Program-made: the position numbers and the translations under genes | Origin: a virus | Taxonomy: Duplodnaviria; Heunggongvirae; Uroviricota; Caudoviricetes | Virus record (IMG/VR): IMGVR_UViG_3300029740_000003 | Location: 18,145-82,144 of that record | Direction: 5' to 3' (one strand) | Length of the DNA: 64,000 nt | Notes under the pieces: model-generated | Told to the model about the DNA's origin: nothing | The model's input: the letters and a program-made list of their open reading frames with translations, nothing else | Databases searched by the model: none | Part shown: piece after piece, positions 56,347-64,000 of the stretch | How positions within the stretch are numbered: the stretch's first letter is position 1 | Layout: each line of letters begins with the position of its first letter

Positions 56347-56470
56347 CAAAAGGTTACAAAAGGTTACAAAAGGTATTAATAACCCTTATATTCCCTTCTT
56401 TTTCAAAAAACAGGTTTTTTCAAAAAGAAGCAAAAAAATCAAAAATCAGAATAAAACCATTTTTCGGATT
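56347..56470 (+). other. short direct repeats (CAAAAGGTTA x about 3) plus AT-rich DNA unwinding element: putative oriV
   Basis: caaaaggttacaaaaggttacaaaaggtat at 56347-56375, then A/T-rich 56380-56470. Confidence 0.5.
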
Positions 56471-56728
56471 CCATGTTTGGGCAGGTCTAAACCCGCTTAG
56501 GGGTATCCTCAATGCTTTTAGAAAAATCAGGTCAACGTGAACGTTTAGGCATGTCCGAATGCTTTCGAAGGAAGAGAGAAAAAGAAAAGTTCCGGAAAAA
56601 GAAAAACAGAGAAGCCGACACCGGCGGCGGACACTTTTCTGAAAACCTCGAAGACGATGAAATCAACCTCCGATGAACGGTAGACTGGAGGATGCAAGTC
56701 AGACGAAAAACGGATTCGGAGCGGGACT

Positions 56729-58009
56729 GTGTTCGGAAGCAAGAAAGACAAGAACGGCAAACAGCCGATGGGACAGCAGAAGGCGAAGCAGAACCCGAAC
56801 AATGAGACCGACCTGTTCGCCGACGAAAAAGAACGCAAGGACGAGATAGAACTCACCGCGTGGAAGAAGGCGTTGAAGAACACCCAGAAGTGGAAGGTTC
56901 TCATCATCCTGTTCATCTGCACCGGTCTGGTCGCCCCGATGATTTCCGTCCGCGCAATCAACACGTTGAACGAAATGGGTTCCTACCTGACGGAGAAGTA
57001 CAAGGAAATCAGCGGCGACAAGCCCGGCAAGCAGGTCGCATTGCAAGCCGTGTACAGTTGGCTGGATGATGACAAGGGCGCTTTCCAATACGGGTATGCG
57101 AACCTATGGTGGAATGGTGCCACCGAGGTCAGCACATCCACTTCGGACGATTCCAACGGTTCCACCACCCAGTATTGGAGTCATCAGATGTCCCTCACCG
57201 ATAAGTCGGATGGAAGTACGAGGGATATCACCCAGCTTGTCGCCGTCACCGATGGTGTGGCTACTGCGGTGGGAACGCCGACCGTGCTTCCAAAGACCGT
57301 CACTTCGAACAGCAATACGGACACGTACCGTCCCGACGATTACATTCAGCTTGACCAGAACACGAGCCTGACAAACGTGGTCAGCGCTTGGTCTAAAGCA
57401 TACATCGGCAAAGACTCCAACGCTTTGACGGTTCTTGTCGGAGACCCGAACAGCGACCACATGTATCAACCCGCAAGCTTGGGTTCTTATCTGAACTCGT
57501 CCCTCGACTGGCTTGTGCAATGCACCAAGGACGGCAAGACCGTTGACAAGCAGAACAAGTCCGACAATCCCGAATGGGCGGCGGCGAGCGTCAGCATCTC
57601 GTTCAAACCCTACGAGAAGAAGGTTGATGCAAGCACGGCCAACGACCCGAACGCGGACACTGGTTCAACGAGCGACGTGGAGACGAGCGTCACCGTCCTC
57701 ATCCATAATCCGACCCGTGGTAGCGCGAAAATCGTTGACTGGGGTGCCGAAGGCAGTCTGACCACGTTGAAGGCGTTCAGCAATGCCATCGACCGTTCGC
57801 TGATTGGCTCTTCCAGCAGTGATGACGATGATGATTCTTCCGATTCCAGTTCATCGGATTCCGATAGCGGTTCCGGTGATGACGGTTCCGACAATGACGA
57901 TTCCGACTCCTCCGATTCGGATTCGTCCGACAACAACGGCAGTAGTTCATCCCAGAATTCCGATGACGGTTCCGTAACCGGCGACCCCAATGAGGGGCCG
58001 AACGACTAA
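56729..58009 (+). CDS. membrane-anchored extracellular protein with Ser/Asp-rich C-terminal tail (candidate T4SS surface component)
   Basis: 426 aa; TM VLIILFICTGLVAPMISV at aa about 55-75; C-terminal 60 aa poly-Ser/Asp. Confidence 0.5.
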   Translation: MFGSKKDKNGKQPMGQQKAKQNPNNETDLFADEKERKDEIELTAWKKALKNTQKWKVLIILFICTGLVAPMISVRAINTLNEMGSYLTEKYKEISGDKPGKQVALQAVYSWLDDDKGAFQYGYANLWWNGATEVSTSTSDDSNGSTTQYWSHQMSLTDKSDGSTRDITQLVAVTDGVATAVGTPTVLPKTVTSNSNTDTYRPDDYIQLDQNTSLTNVVSAWSKAYIGKDSNALTVLVGDPNSDHMYQPASLGSYLNSSLDWLVQCTKDGKTVDKQNKSDNPEWAAASVSISFKPYEKKVDASTANDPNADTGSTSDVETSVTVLIHNPTRGSAKIVDWGAEGSLTTLKAFSNAIDRSLIGSSSSDDDDDSSDSSSSDSDSGSGDDGSDNDDSDSSDSDSSDNNGSSSSQNSDDGSVTGDPNEGPND

Positions 58010-58027
58010 TCCGAAAGGAAAACTAAA

Positions 58028-58162
58028 TTGACAGGACATAACAAGCCCAGTGAGGGTGACAAGTTCGCTGAGTTCATCAACAGCAATGGCCCGTTGACCG
58101 GTGCGATTATCGCCATCGCGTTCATCGTGTGTCTCGTCATCAGCATCATCTTGAACCTGTGA
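58028..58162 (+). CDS. possible small membrane peptide (44 aa, TTG start)
   Basis: not in the ORF track; TTG 58028 after AAAGGAAAA; single hydrophobic helix LTGAIIAIAFIVCLVISIILNL. Confidence 0.25.
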   Translation: MTGHNKPSEGDKFAEFINSNGPLTGAIIAIAFIVCLVISIILNL

Positions 58163-58184
58163 TGAGATTTTTTGGAGGTTTCCT

Positions 58185-59210
58185 ATGGCTAAGAAGAAAG
58201 GCGGAATGTCCGCCGGTTCCCTGCTTGGCGGCATTCTGGTCGTGTTGACGGCCATGGTGCTCATCGTGAATCTTGGATTGTGGACTCCCATGTCGAAGAT
58301 TTTCGGATTGCCGGAAATCAACAGTCTATCCCAGTTGATGCCGGGTGAGGATTCCAAGGTGAAGCCGGATGTGAAATTAGGGTTGAAGGAGCCTTCCTTG
58401 AAGTCGTCCGGCTCCAATTCGCAAACCAATACTCCAGAAGCCGCAGAAACGCCCTCAGAAACGACGCAGACACAAAATGGGGACAATTCCTCAAGTCAAG
58501 CACAAAAAGCCTCCACAAGCGTTCCTGAAGGTGCTTTAAGCCCTATCAGCACGAAACAGGCGCTTGACAAACTCGCTGACATCGAAACCGCAACCCCGCA
58601 CACCAAAGGATACAATCGCAAAACCGACTTCGGCACATGGCAGAACAGCAACCAGCTCTGCGGATACGGCACCACCCGCGACTACATCCTCAAACGCGAC
58701 ATGACCGACGTGACCATGGACAAGAACTGCAAGGTGCTCACCGGCACCCTCCAAGACCCATATACAGGCAATGCCATCAAATTCCAGCGCGACACCTACG
58801 AGACCGTCAACGGCAAACAGAAGAAAACAGGCGGAGACAGCATGGCCGTCCAAATCGACCATGTGGTGGCTGTCAACGACGCTTGGGCCAGCGGACTGTG
58901 GAAGGACTCGCGCAAGGGCGACCGCATCACCTATGCGAACGACCCGGAAGTGCTCGTCGCGTCCGAAGGAGAAGCGAACAACATCAAACAGCAGGGCGTG
59001 AACCTTGTTAAGGACGAGGCGTTGAACGGTTCCTCGACCAAGTGGAAGGACGCAACGCCCAGCATTTGGCTCCCGTCCAACAAGACGTACCAATGCTCGT
59101 ATATGGCTAAACGCGTGTACATCAAAGACAAGTACAAACTGTCCATGAGCAGTTGGGAAAAAGCCGAAACGAAGTCGTTCCTCACGCAATGCGTGGCCGA
59201 CGGGAACTGA
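58185..59210 (+). CDS. membrane-anchored extracellular DUF1524 (HNH/His-Me finger-like) nuclease
   Basis: 341 aa; N-terminal TM; C-terminal DPYTGNAIKFQRD...QIDHVVAVNDAWASGLW...YANDPEVLVASEGEANNIKQ matches the DUF1524 endonuclease signature. Confidence 0.6.
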   Translation: MAKKKGGMSAGSLLGGILVVLTAMVLIVNLGLWTPMSKIFGLPEINSLSQLMPGEDSKVKPDVKLGLKEPSLKSSGSNSQTNTPEAAETPSETTQTQNGDNSSSQAQKASTSVPEGALSPISTKQALDKLADIETATPHTKGYNRKTDFGTWQNSNQLCGYGTTRDYILKRDMTDVTMDKNCKVLTGTLQDPYTGNAIKFQRDTYETVNGKQKKTGGDSMAVQIDHVVAVNDAWASGLWKDSRKGDRITYANDPEVLVASEGEANNIKQQGVNLVKDEALNGSSTKWKDATPSIWLPSNKTYQCSYMAKRVYIKDKYKLSMSSWEKAETKSFLTQCVADGN

Positions 59211-59588
59211 TAGCCGGTTTCTCCATGAGACCCGTCGCCTGTAATCTATGGTTATAGAGATTCCATATGAGGGCGGCGGGTCGTCTTTTTGCGCGAGAGA
59301 TAAGGGTTCATCTAGAAGAGAAAACACCCGTTAAACCCCTTGTTGGGAAAATTTTTCCTGTTTTTCCGGTTTTTCACCAGATGAATGTTCGAGGTCGTTT
59401 ACTGTAACAGTTGAGACCGGGTTTTCGTGGTATATCTTCCACCATCTGGTTTCTTTCCCGGTCTCTGTGGAACGCTCCTCACGGGGAGTGTGTTTCGGGT
59501 TCCGCCACCCGTGTGTGGATTCTTTTTTTGGGTGGCGGAACCATTTTCTTTTCTAATCGACATTGTGGCGATTTGAGAAGAGAATGAT

Positions 59589-59618
59589 GTTATACTAGAA
59601 GCGTTCACACAATAACAG
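59589..59618 (+). promoter_or_regulatory. copy of recurrent promoter/operator motif (GTTATACTAGAAGCGTTCACACAATAACAG)
   Basis: 25 nt upstream of ATG 59643. Confidence 0.5.
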
Positions 59619-59642
59619 AAAAAGCCAGCCAAGGAGAAAAAC

Positions 59643-60014
59643 ATGAGCAACTACTTCAACAGCATCGAACATCAAATCAACCTCATGCTCGACAGGGAAC
59701 AAGACCTCCAAGACGAACAGGAACAGCGCCTACGGGATATTCACGACGGCATCGGAGACTACGTGCTGTTGCCCGAAGGCGACCCGTGGAACATCGATGA
59801 CTACGAGCAAGACCCACAGCCCACCAACGTCAACAACACTTGCAGTCACGGACTCTATGTTGACGAAGGTGTGAAATCTGGAACCATGTATCATCTCAAC
59901 CCTGACCTCGGACTGTGGGCGGCTTGTGACGACTACGAGGACATAGAAAAAATGGTCAGGGAAGGCAAAACGCTCACCCAGCCCATCGACGATTACGATT
60001 CGAAGCTCGCCTGA
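59643..60014 (+). CDS. hypothetical acidic protein
   Basis: 123 aa. Confidence 0.45.
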   Translation: MSNYFNSIEHQINLMLDREQDLQDEQEQRLRDIHDGIGDYVLLPEGDPWNIDDYEQDPQPTNVNNTCSHGLYVDEGVKSGTMYHLNPDLGLWAACDDYEDIEKMVREGKTLTQPIDDYDSKLA

Positions 60015-60058
60015 GAAAGAATTTTTCCTGCAACCTTCCTTGTTTGCGAAAAACTACG

Positions 60059-60090
60059 TTATAGTGGAACCAGCCACAAACAAGGAAGGT
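60059..60090 (+). promoter_or_regulatory. copy of recurrent motif (GTTATAGTGGAACCAGCCACAAACAAGGAAGG), bracketed by a 15-bp perfect inverted repeat
   Basis: AACCTTCCTTGTTTG (60032-60046) and CAAACAAGGAAGGTT (60078-60092) flank the -10 and include the RBS. Confidence 0.45.
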
Positions 60091-60096
60091 TCCTTT

Positions 60097-60429
60097 TTGA
60101 ACACCGAAACGGACATCACGGACAGTCAAACCCAAGAACGTTCCCGTCCACGCAAAGACCTTGACACCGTAGGAGGGTTCCTTGACTCCTGCAAGGACGA
60201 GACGCCAATCCTGCTTTACTTCAACACAAACGACGGAATACAAAGAATCCCCCACATCCTAGGAGACCCGCCCACCGTCGGACAACTCCGACTCAACAAA
60301 TATCTGCGGCCACTGAAAATCCAACGAAGAGTCCGCTACCAGATTGCCGGAACCAGCGACACCGGCTGGGTCATCCGGGTCGATGAACGATTCAAGAAAA
60401 AGAAATACGTCAAAGCGTCGAAAGCCTGA
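60097..60429 (+). CDS. hypothetical protein (TTG start)
   Basis: start moved to TTG 60097 downstream of the motif and RBS AAGGAAGG; the tool's ATG at 60040 would place the promoter inside the gene. Confidence 0.35.
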   Translation: MNTETDITDSQTQERSRPRKDLDTVGGFLDSCKDETPILLYFNTNDGIQRIPHILGDPPTVGQLRLNKYLRPLKIQRRVRYQIAGTSDTGWVIRVDERFKKKKYVKASKA

Positions 60430-60434
60430 ATACT

Positions 60435-61183
60435 TGGAATATCAGAACAACACCGTGAACAAAAACTGCCTATACTCCAACGGAGACCGGGAAGCAGTCT
60501 TGCAGACCATCTTCCGTAGGGGAGTCCTCCCACAGGTCGTGGTGTACGCGCTCGGACTACTGGTGGCGGTATGGCTTCTCGCATATTCGAACTCCCTGAC
60601 GGGAGGATGGAAAATCATCTTCCTGTTCCTGTCCATCCTGAACTTCGTGTCCGGAATCCGAGGACTCGTCAAGGTAAGCGCCAGCTGGACAACGCTCCGT
60701 GACTGCGCGTATCCGAACATCGACGCGAACGCGGCTGAAACATGGGATTTGGCAGTATGGCTCGCCAACAGTCCGCAATTCGGAGGAACCCCAATCCGGG
60801 ATATGCGACAGCAGGAACTACGTGAGGCATTGGATGAGTACGGGCCACTGTTCCAAGCGAACAATCCCGAAGACGTGACCATCCAACTGAACCGGTTGGA
60901 ACGGCTCATGCACGAAGTGGATTGGACAGGCCAATACGTTCATGCTCTCCTTCTATTCCGACAGTTGAAAGACTCGCATCTCAAATATTGGAGCCAACTG
61001 GACGGAGCCTACCGTCAAACGTTAATAAAACTGACGTCAGGCATGCGTTTGGAAAACCTACGCGAAGACGTGCAACTCTCCCCACACCGCATGGTCATCT
61101 TGGACGGATTGCAGATTAACTGCGGACTGCACGGTACCGCAGGAAAGTACACCGTCGGCTATGAGGACGGCGGTGTACTGTGA
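60435..61183 (+). CDS. hypothetical membrane protein (2 TM); start uncertain
   Basis: TTG start 6 nt after the upstream stop; VVVYALGLLVAVWLLAY and IIFLFLSILNFV helices. Confidence 0.35.
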
Positions 61184-61497
61184 ACTATCAGATGCTACGG
61201 GACGCTCGTAGTGGACGAATCCACATGTTCTCCGACAATTGCTGGATGCTCCGGGACTGGGTGGCGAAAAACATCGGGCTGGAAGAGAACGGCGTAGCAC
61301 TCATACGCAGACTCGACCTGTTGGAAATGGAAAAATACTCCACCAAAATGATGGACAATCCCGAATCGTCCAGCGAGGAATACTGGCAAGCGAAAACCAT
61401 GCATGACGGCGTGGTCAGAACCTTCAAAGAACTATCGCCGGTGGCGCTACTCGAATACTGGGACTGTCTGAACGACACTCCCGTCAACATCCTCTGA
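61180..61497 (+). CDS. hypothetical protein
   Basis: 105 aa; ATGA overlap. Confidence 0.4.
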   Translation: MNYQMLRDARSGRIHMFSDNCWMLRDWVAKNIGLEENGVALIRRLDLLEMEKYSTKMMDNPESSSEEYWQAKTMHDGVVRTFKELSPVALLEYWDCLNDTPVNIL

Positions 61498-61534
61498 GCT
61501 TAGAAAAACCCCAAAACCTCTGAAAGGAGCAGCA

Positions 61535-61978
61535 TTGGACGAAGAATCCTCCACCCAACGTTTCCGTGTCCTCATGGCCGGTATCAGCGAAGGTGAGACC
61601 AGAATCCTCTACAACATCGAAAATGGAAGGTTGACCGCCGACATTCTCAAAAGCAACATCGGCAGACGACTGCTGGATGCCGGACTCATCCGACGTAACG
61701 GGCAATCAGCCCCGTCCCTCACCAAGGATGGCATGCGCCTCGTATCCACGCTCGCCCAAGGCGAGGCAGACCGTCCAATCCGACTATACGAGCGCAACAG
61801 CGAAACGCTGCTCCGCCAAGCCGGACAGGGAACGGCCAACGCATACAAGACCGGTTTCGAAAACGCCGCCGTCGAACTGTTGACCGACCGGCTTGTCCGA
61901 CTTGACATCGCCTCCGGAACCCTCACCCTGCTTCCTGCGGGAACGGAACTCCTGTCCAAGCTCGACAAGGCGGCTTGA
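61535..61978 (+). CDS. hypothetical protein
   Basis: 147 aa. Confidence 0.4.
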   Translation: MDEESSTQRFRVLMAGISEGETRILYNIENGRLTADILKSNIGRRLLDAGLIRRNGQSAPSLTKDGMRLVSTLAQGEADRPIRLYERNSETLLRQAGQGTANAYKTGFENAAVELLTDRLVRLDIASGTLTLLPAGTELLSKLDKAA

Positions 61979-61979
61979 C

Positions 61980-62183
61980 ATGCTGGGCTGGCTGACTCAA
62001 CAGAACGTGCTTGTGGCGATTGCTATTGGAGCCATCATCCTACTGCTCATGTTCCTCATCCCCGCCGTCGAGGAACTGGTCGGCACGTATACTCCGTTGG
62101 GAGAATTCTGCGAAAGGCCGAACATGAGATGGGCTGTGGTCATCCTGACCATCGTAGCGGTTCTCACGGTAGTGGTCATCTGA
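61980..62183 (+). CDS. small membrane protein (67 aa)
   Basis: start ATG 61980 overlapping the upstream stop; two TM helices. Confidence 0.35.
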   Translation: MLGWLTQQNVLVAIAIGAIILLLMFLIPAVEELVGTYTPLGEFCERPNMRWAVVILTIVAVLTVVVI

Positions 62184-62197
62184 CTTTTTCCCTTGAC

Positions 62198-62227
62198 GGG
62201 GACGGCTTGATGCCGTCCCTTTTTTGT
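62198..62227 (+). terminator. rho-independent terminator
   Basis: GGGACGGC-TTGAT-GCCGTCCC followed by TTTTTTG. Confidence 0.7.
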
Positions 62228-62298
62228 TTCCCGCATCAAGTATGGGACAGTGTTCCAGCCGACTAATCTAGGAAAGGAAAGACTCGAAAGGTGGAAAC

Positions 62299-62583
62299 GT
62301 GAAAGGCTTCCTAAAGAACCTATTGGCTTTGACCGGGCTGGCGTCCATCATCACCATGCTCGGCTCCCTCGCATATGTGGATAAGAAACTACATGATGTG
62401 GGCAACGGATACAAGTACGGCCCCGCACGGCATCTGGAGTATTTGAGCGCGCTGTTGCACTCCTTCAACCGTTCTATAGATGTTATTGCCGCCGACACGC
62501 ATCGGAAGGTGTGCGATGAGGAGAATCGGAAGTATGACCGTTTGGAGGATGAGCGGGAGAGGGCTTGGAGCGCGGCCCGCTGA
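62299..62583 (+). CDS. hypothetical protein (GTG start), N-terminal hydrophobic segment
   Basis: 94 aa. Confidence 0.35.
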   Translation: MKGFLKNLLALTGLASIITMLGSLAYVDKKLHDVGNGYKYGPARHLEYLSALLHSFNRSIDVIAADTHRKVCDEENRKYDRLEDERERAWSAAR

Positions 62584-62611
62584 GTATTTGGTTTTCTTTG
62601 CGTCTGTCTAT

Positions 62612-62640
62612 GTTATAGTGGAACTGTTCACATAAAACAG
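62612..62640 (+). promoter_or_regulatory. copy of recurrent promoter/operator motif (GTTATAGTGGAACTGTTCACATAAAACAG)
   Basis: 16 nt upstream of ATG 62656. Confidence 0.5.
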
Positions 62641-62655
62641 ATTCGAAGGAAGACC

Positions 62656-62913
62656 ATGAACCAAAAAGTCCTCATCACTCTCAACAACGGAGCGAAACGT
62701 ATCGTATACCGTGACGACCTCTGCCACGAGCTGGCCGACCTGCTCCGGCTCTACCTGCACGCCGACGCGTTGCCGGGAACAGGGGAACGTTGGGAACTGT
62801 TGAGGACGCTTGCATCCACTCTCATTGGTCGCGCTATCGAAAAAGGGCTTTTTGAGGACTGCGCCCGCGTGAACGTGTATCCGGTTTCTTTCCAAATGGT
62901 TCGGCCTGATTGA
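62656..62913 (+). CDS. hypothetical protein
   Basis: 85 aa. Confidence 0.4.
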   Translation: MNQKVLITLNNGAKRIVYRDDLCHELADLLRLYLHADALPGTGERWELLRTLASTLIGRAIEKGLFEDCARVNVYPVSFQMVRPD

Positions 62914-62958
62914 CATATTCAACAAACTGAGTTACAGTGGAACTGTTCACACATATAG
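62911..62958 (+). promoter_or_regulatory. sigma-70-like promoter (-35 TTGACA, 16-nt spacer, -10 TACAGT) whose -10 and downstream GGAACTGTTCACACA are a copy of the recurrent motif
   Basis: TTGACA at 62911-16, TACAGT at 62933-38; shows that the TATAsT part of the motif is the -10 and the conserved GGAAC.GTTCACA lies at the discriminator/TSS. Confidence 0.5.
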
Positions 62959-62977
62959 ACCCAAAGGAGAAAACCAA

Positions 62978-63241
62978 ATGACCGTCAACGAACTCATCGA
63001 ACAATTAAAGAACCTACCCAAGGAAGTACGCGAACGCCCCATCATGGACGGCAATCCGAACAATGAATACTGGTTGGCCGACCTCCGCGCGATTTCAGTC
63101 GCCAAGGTCGTTGTATCCGGCGATGGCGCTTGTAACATGTACGACCCGGTACTTTCCGACGAGGAAAACATCGAAGAACTGGAAGACAGATACGACATGT
63201 CAATGCATGTCGAACATCGGGCATTGGCATTCTTCAATTGA
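62978..63241 (+). CDS. hypothetical protein
   Basis: 87 aa. Confidence 0.4.
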   Translation: MTVNELIEQLKNLPKEVRERPIMDGNPNNEYWLADLRAISVAKVVVSGDGACNMYDPVLSDEENIEELEDRYDMSMHVEHRALAFFN

Positions 63242-63257
63242 GATAGGGGTCGTACAA

Positions 63258-63707
63258 ATGGACGCGAACACTCCCATTAACATTCCCATCCGTCTTGAAC
63301 AGTGGATACATGACAACTACATGGAAGTCGAAACCATTATCATCGATGCCCGGACAATCCTAGACGCAACCGATTTCGATAATCTTCCCGAATGGGAGGA
63401 TTGGGATACGGACTTCATCGCGGAGGACGCTCAAAGAATTGGGCTGCTGAAAATGTGGTCTGGGCCATTCACCGTCGAACTATTCAACTGTGACGAGTAT
63501 CCCGACTATCTCGAATGGCGCAAAACTCATAAGACCGTCGAAGGTGCCGCAGAACACATTCTCGACTTGAGCAAGAAGGAACTACTGTGGCAAATCGAAG
63601 AAACCAAGAAGCAACTAGACAAGTATGTTAGCCAATATGAGGCGTTAAGCGGGGAGAATCCGCGTCAAACTTCTAGAACGGCACTGGTTGGCAGACCACT
63701 CGTCTAA
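63258..63707 (+). CDS. hypothetical acidic protein
   Basis: start at ATG 63258 (MDANTPINIP...). Confidence 0.4.
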   Translation: MDANTPINIPIRLEQWIHDNYMEVETIIIDARTILDATDFDNLPEWEDWDTDFIAEDAQRIGLLKMWSGPFTVELFNCDEYPDYLEWRKTHKTVEGAAEHILDLSKKELLWQIEETKKQLDKYVSQYEALSGENPRQTSRTALVGRPLV

Positions 63708-63734
63708 CATCCGAGAGAAAAGAAGAAAACCAAA

Positions 63735-64000
63735 TGGTATGCAAAAATACCCCGGACAACTGGGCTACCCGCCGAGTCCTCGCAATCTCATACAGTCCGG
63801 ACGGCAGATATAAGGAAACACTATTCGAGCGTGAAGAAGATGGAAACTATTATGCGGGCTGTGGAAGATTCTACGCCAGCGATATCGAGGATAGAACCAA
63901 GTTCTATCCGATTCCGGACGACGAGAAACTATCTCGCTGGGTGTTGAAGGATGGAACGGTAATCACTTCGTCCGAGAATAGTGACATCCTTAACCCGGAG
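63735..64000 (+). CDS. hypothetical protein, 3'-truncated by the window edge
   Basis: open frame from ATG 63735 to the window end (MVCKNTPDNWATRRV...). Confidence 0.3.

Noticed and set aside
56242-56375. Tandem direct repeats downstream of repA considered as a possible CRISPR array
   Set aside because: Only three contiguous 21-bp units with no spacers, plus a 10-bp mini-repeat. The position directly after an initiator gene and next to AT-rich DNA fits iterons/oriV, not CRISPR. ORF 56072-56500 spanning them is therefore spurious.
57830-57990. Repetitive GAT/TCC-rich DNA at the 3' end of 56729-58009
   Set aside because: It encodes an in-frame poly-Ser/Asp tail of a membrane-anchored protein. 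It is low-complexity coding sequence, not a non-coding repeat.

Overview
This window looks like about 64 kb of a large conjugative plasmid or ICE-like element from a high-GC Gram-positive host. The host assignment (an actinobacterium, probably Bifidobacterium-like, roughly 58-60% GC by eye) is inference from composition and gene content only.

What the window contains:
- **Conjugation (Gram-positive type IV secretion-like):** a VirB4-family ATPase (17975-20635), a four-domain peptidoglycan hydrolase (14791-17124), a VirB6/TcpH-like polytopic channel protein (49043-53074), several FtsK/SpoIIIE-family P-loop ATPases (6850-8778, 9556-12960, 45348-48008), and a number of small membrane proteins.
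- **Plasmid maintenance:** parA (53751-54413), a small ParG/ParB-like gene, a RepA-like initiator (55149-56091) followed by three tandem 21-bp iterons and an AT-rich unwinding element. Two more RepA-family paralogs lie at 119-1009 and 40114-40878. There is also a dnaB helicase operon (36619 down to 32346).
- **Diversity-generating retroelement (DGR) at 28395-32294 on the minus strand, the standout feature:** a reverse transcriptase with the DGR-type LGxxxSQ motif, a 154-nt template repeat (TR, 29819-29972) and variable repeat (VR, 30617-30770) that differ at 23 positions, all at TR adenines, a GC hairpin just after the VR, and an Avd-like gene. The VR sits at the 3' end of a gene that is in frame with, but separated by one TAG codon from, an upstream SPFH/flotillin-domain ORF.
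- **Other:** an IS605/IS1341-type TnpB-only insertion (21248-22459), a roughly 22-bp promoter/operator-like motif present in at least 10 copies in front of small genes in both orientations, and a 650-bp strongly strand-asymmetric A/C-rich, T-depleted intergenic tract (41820-42470).

Many ORFs in the six-frame track are antisense shadows of real genes and are not listed.
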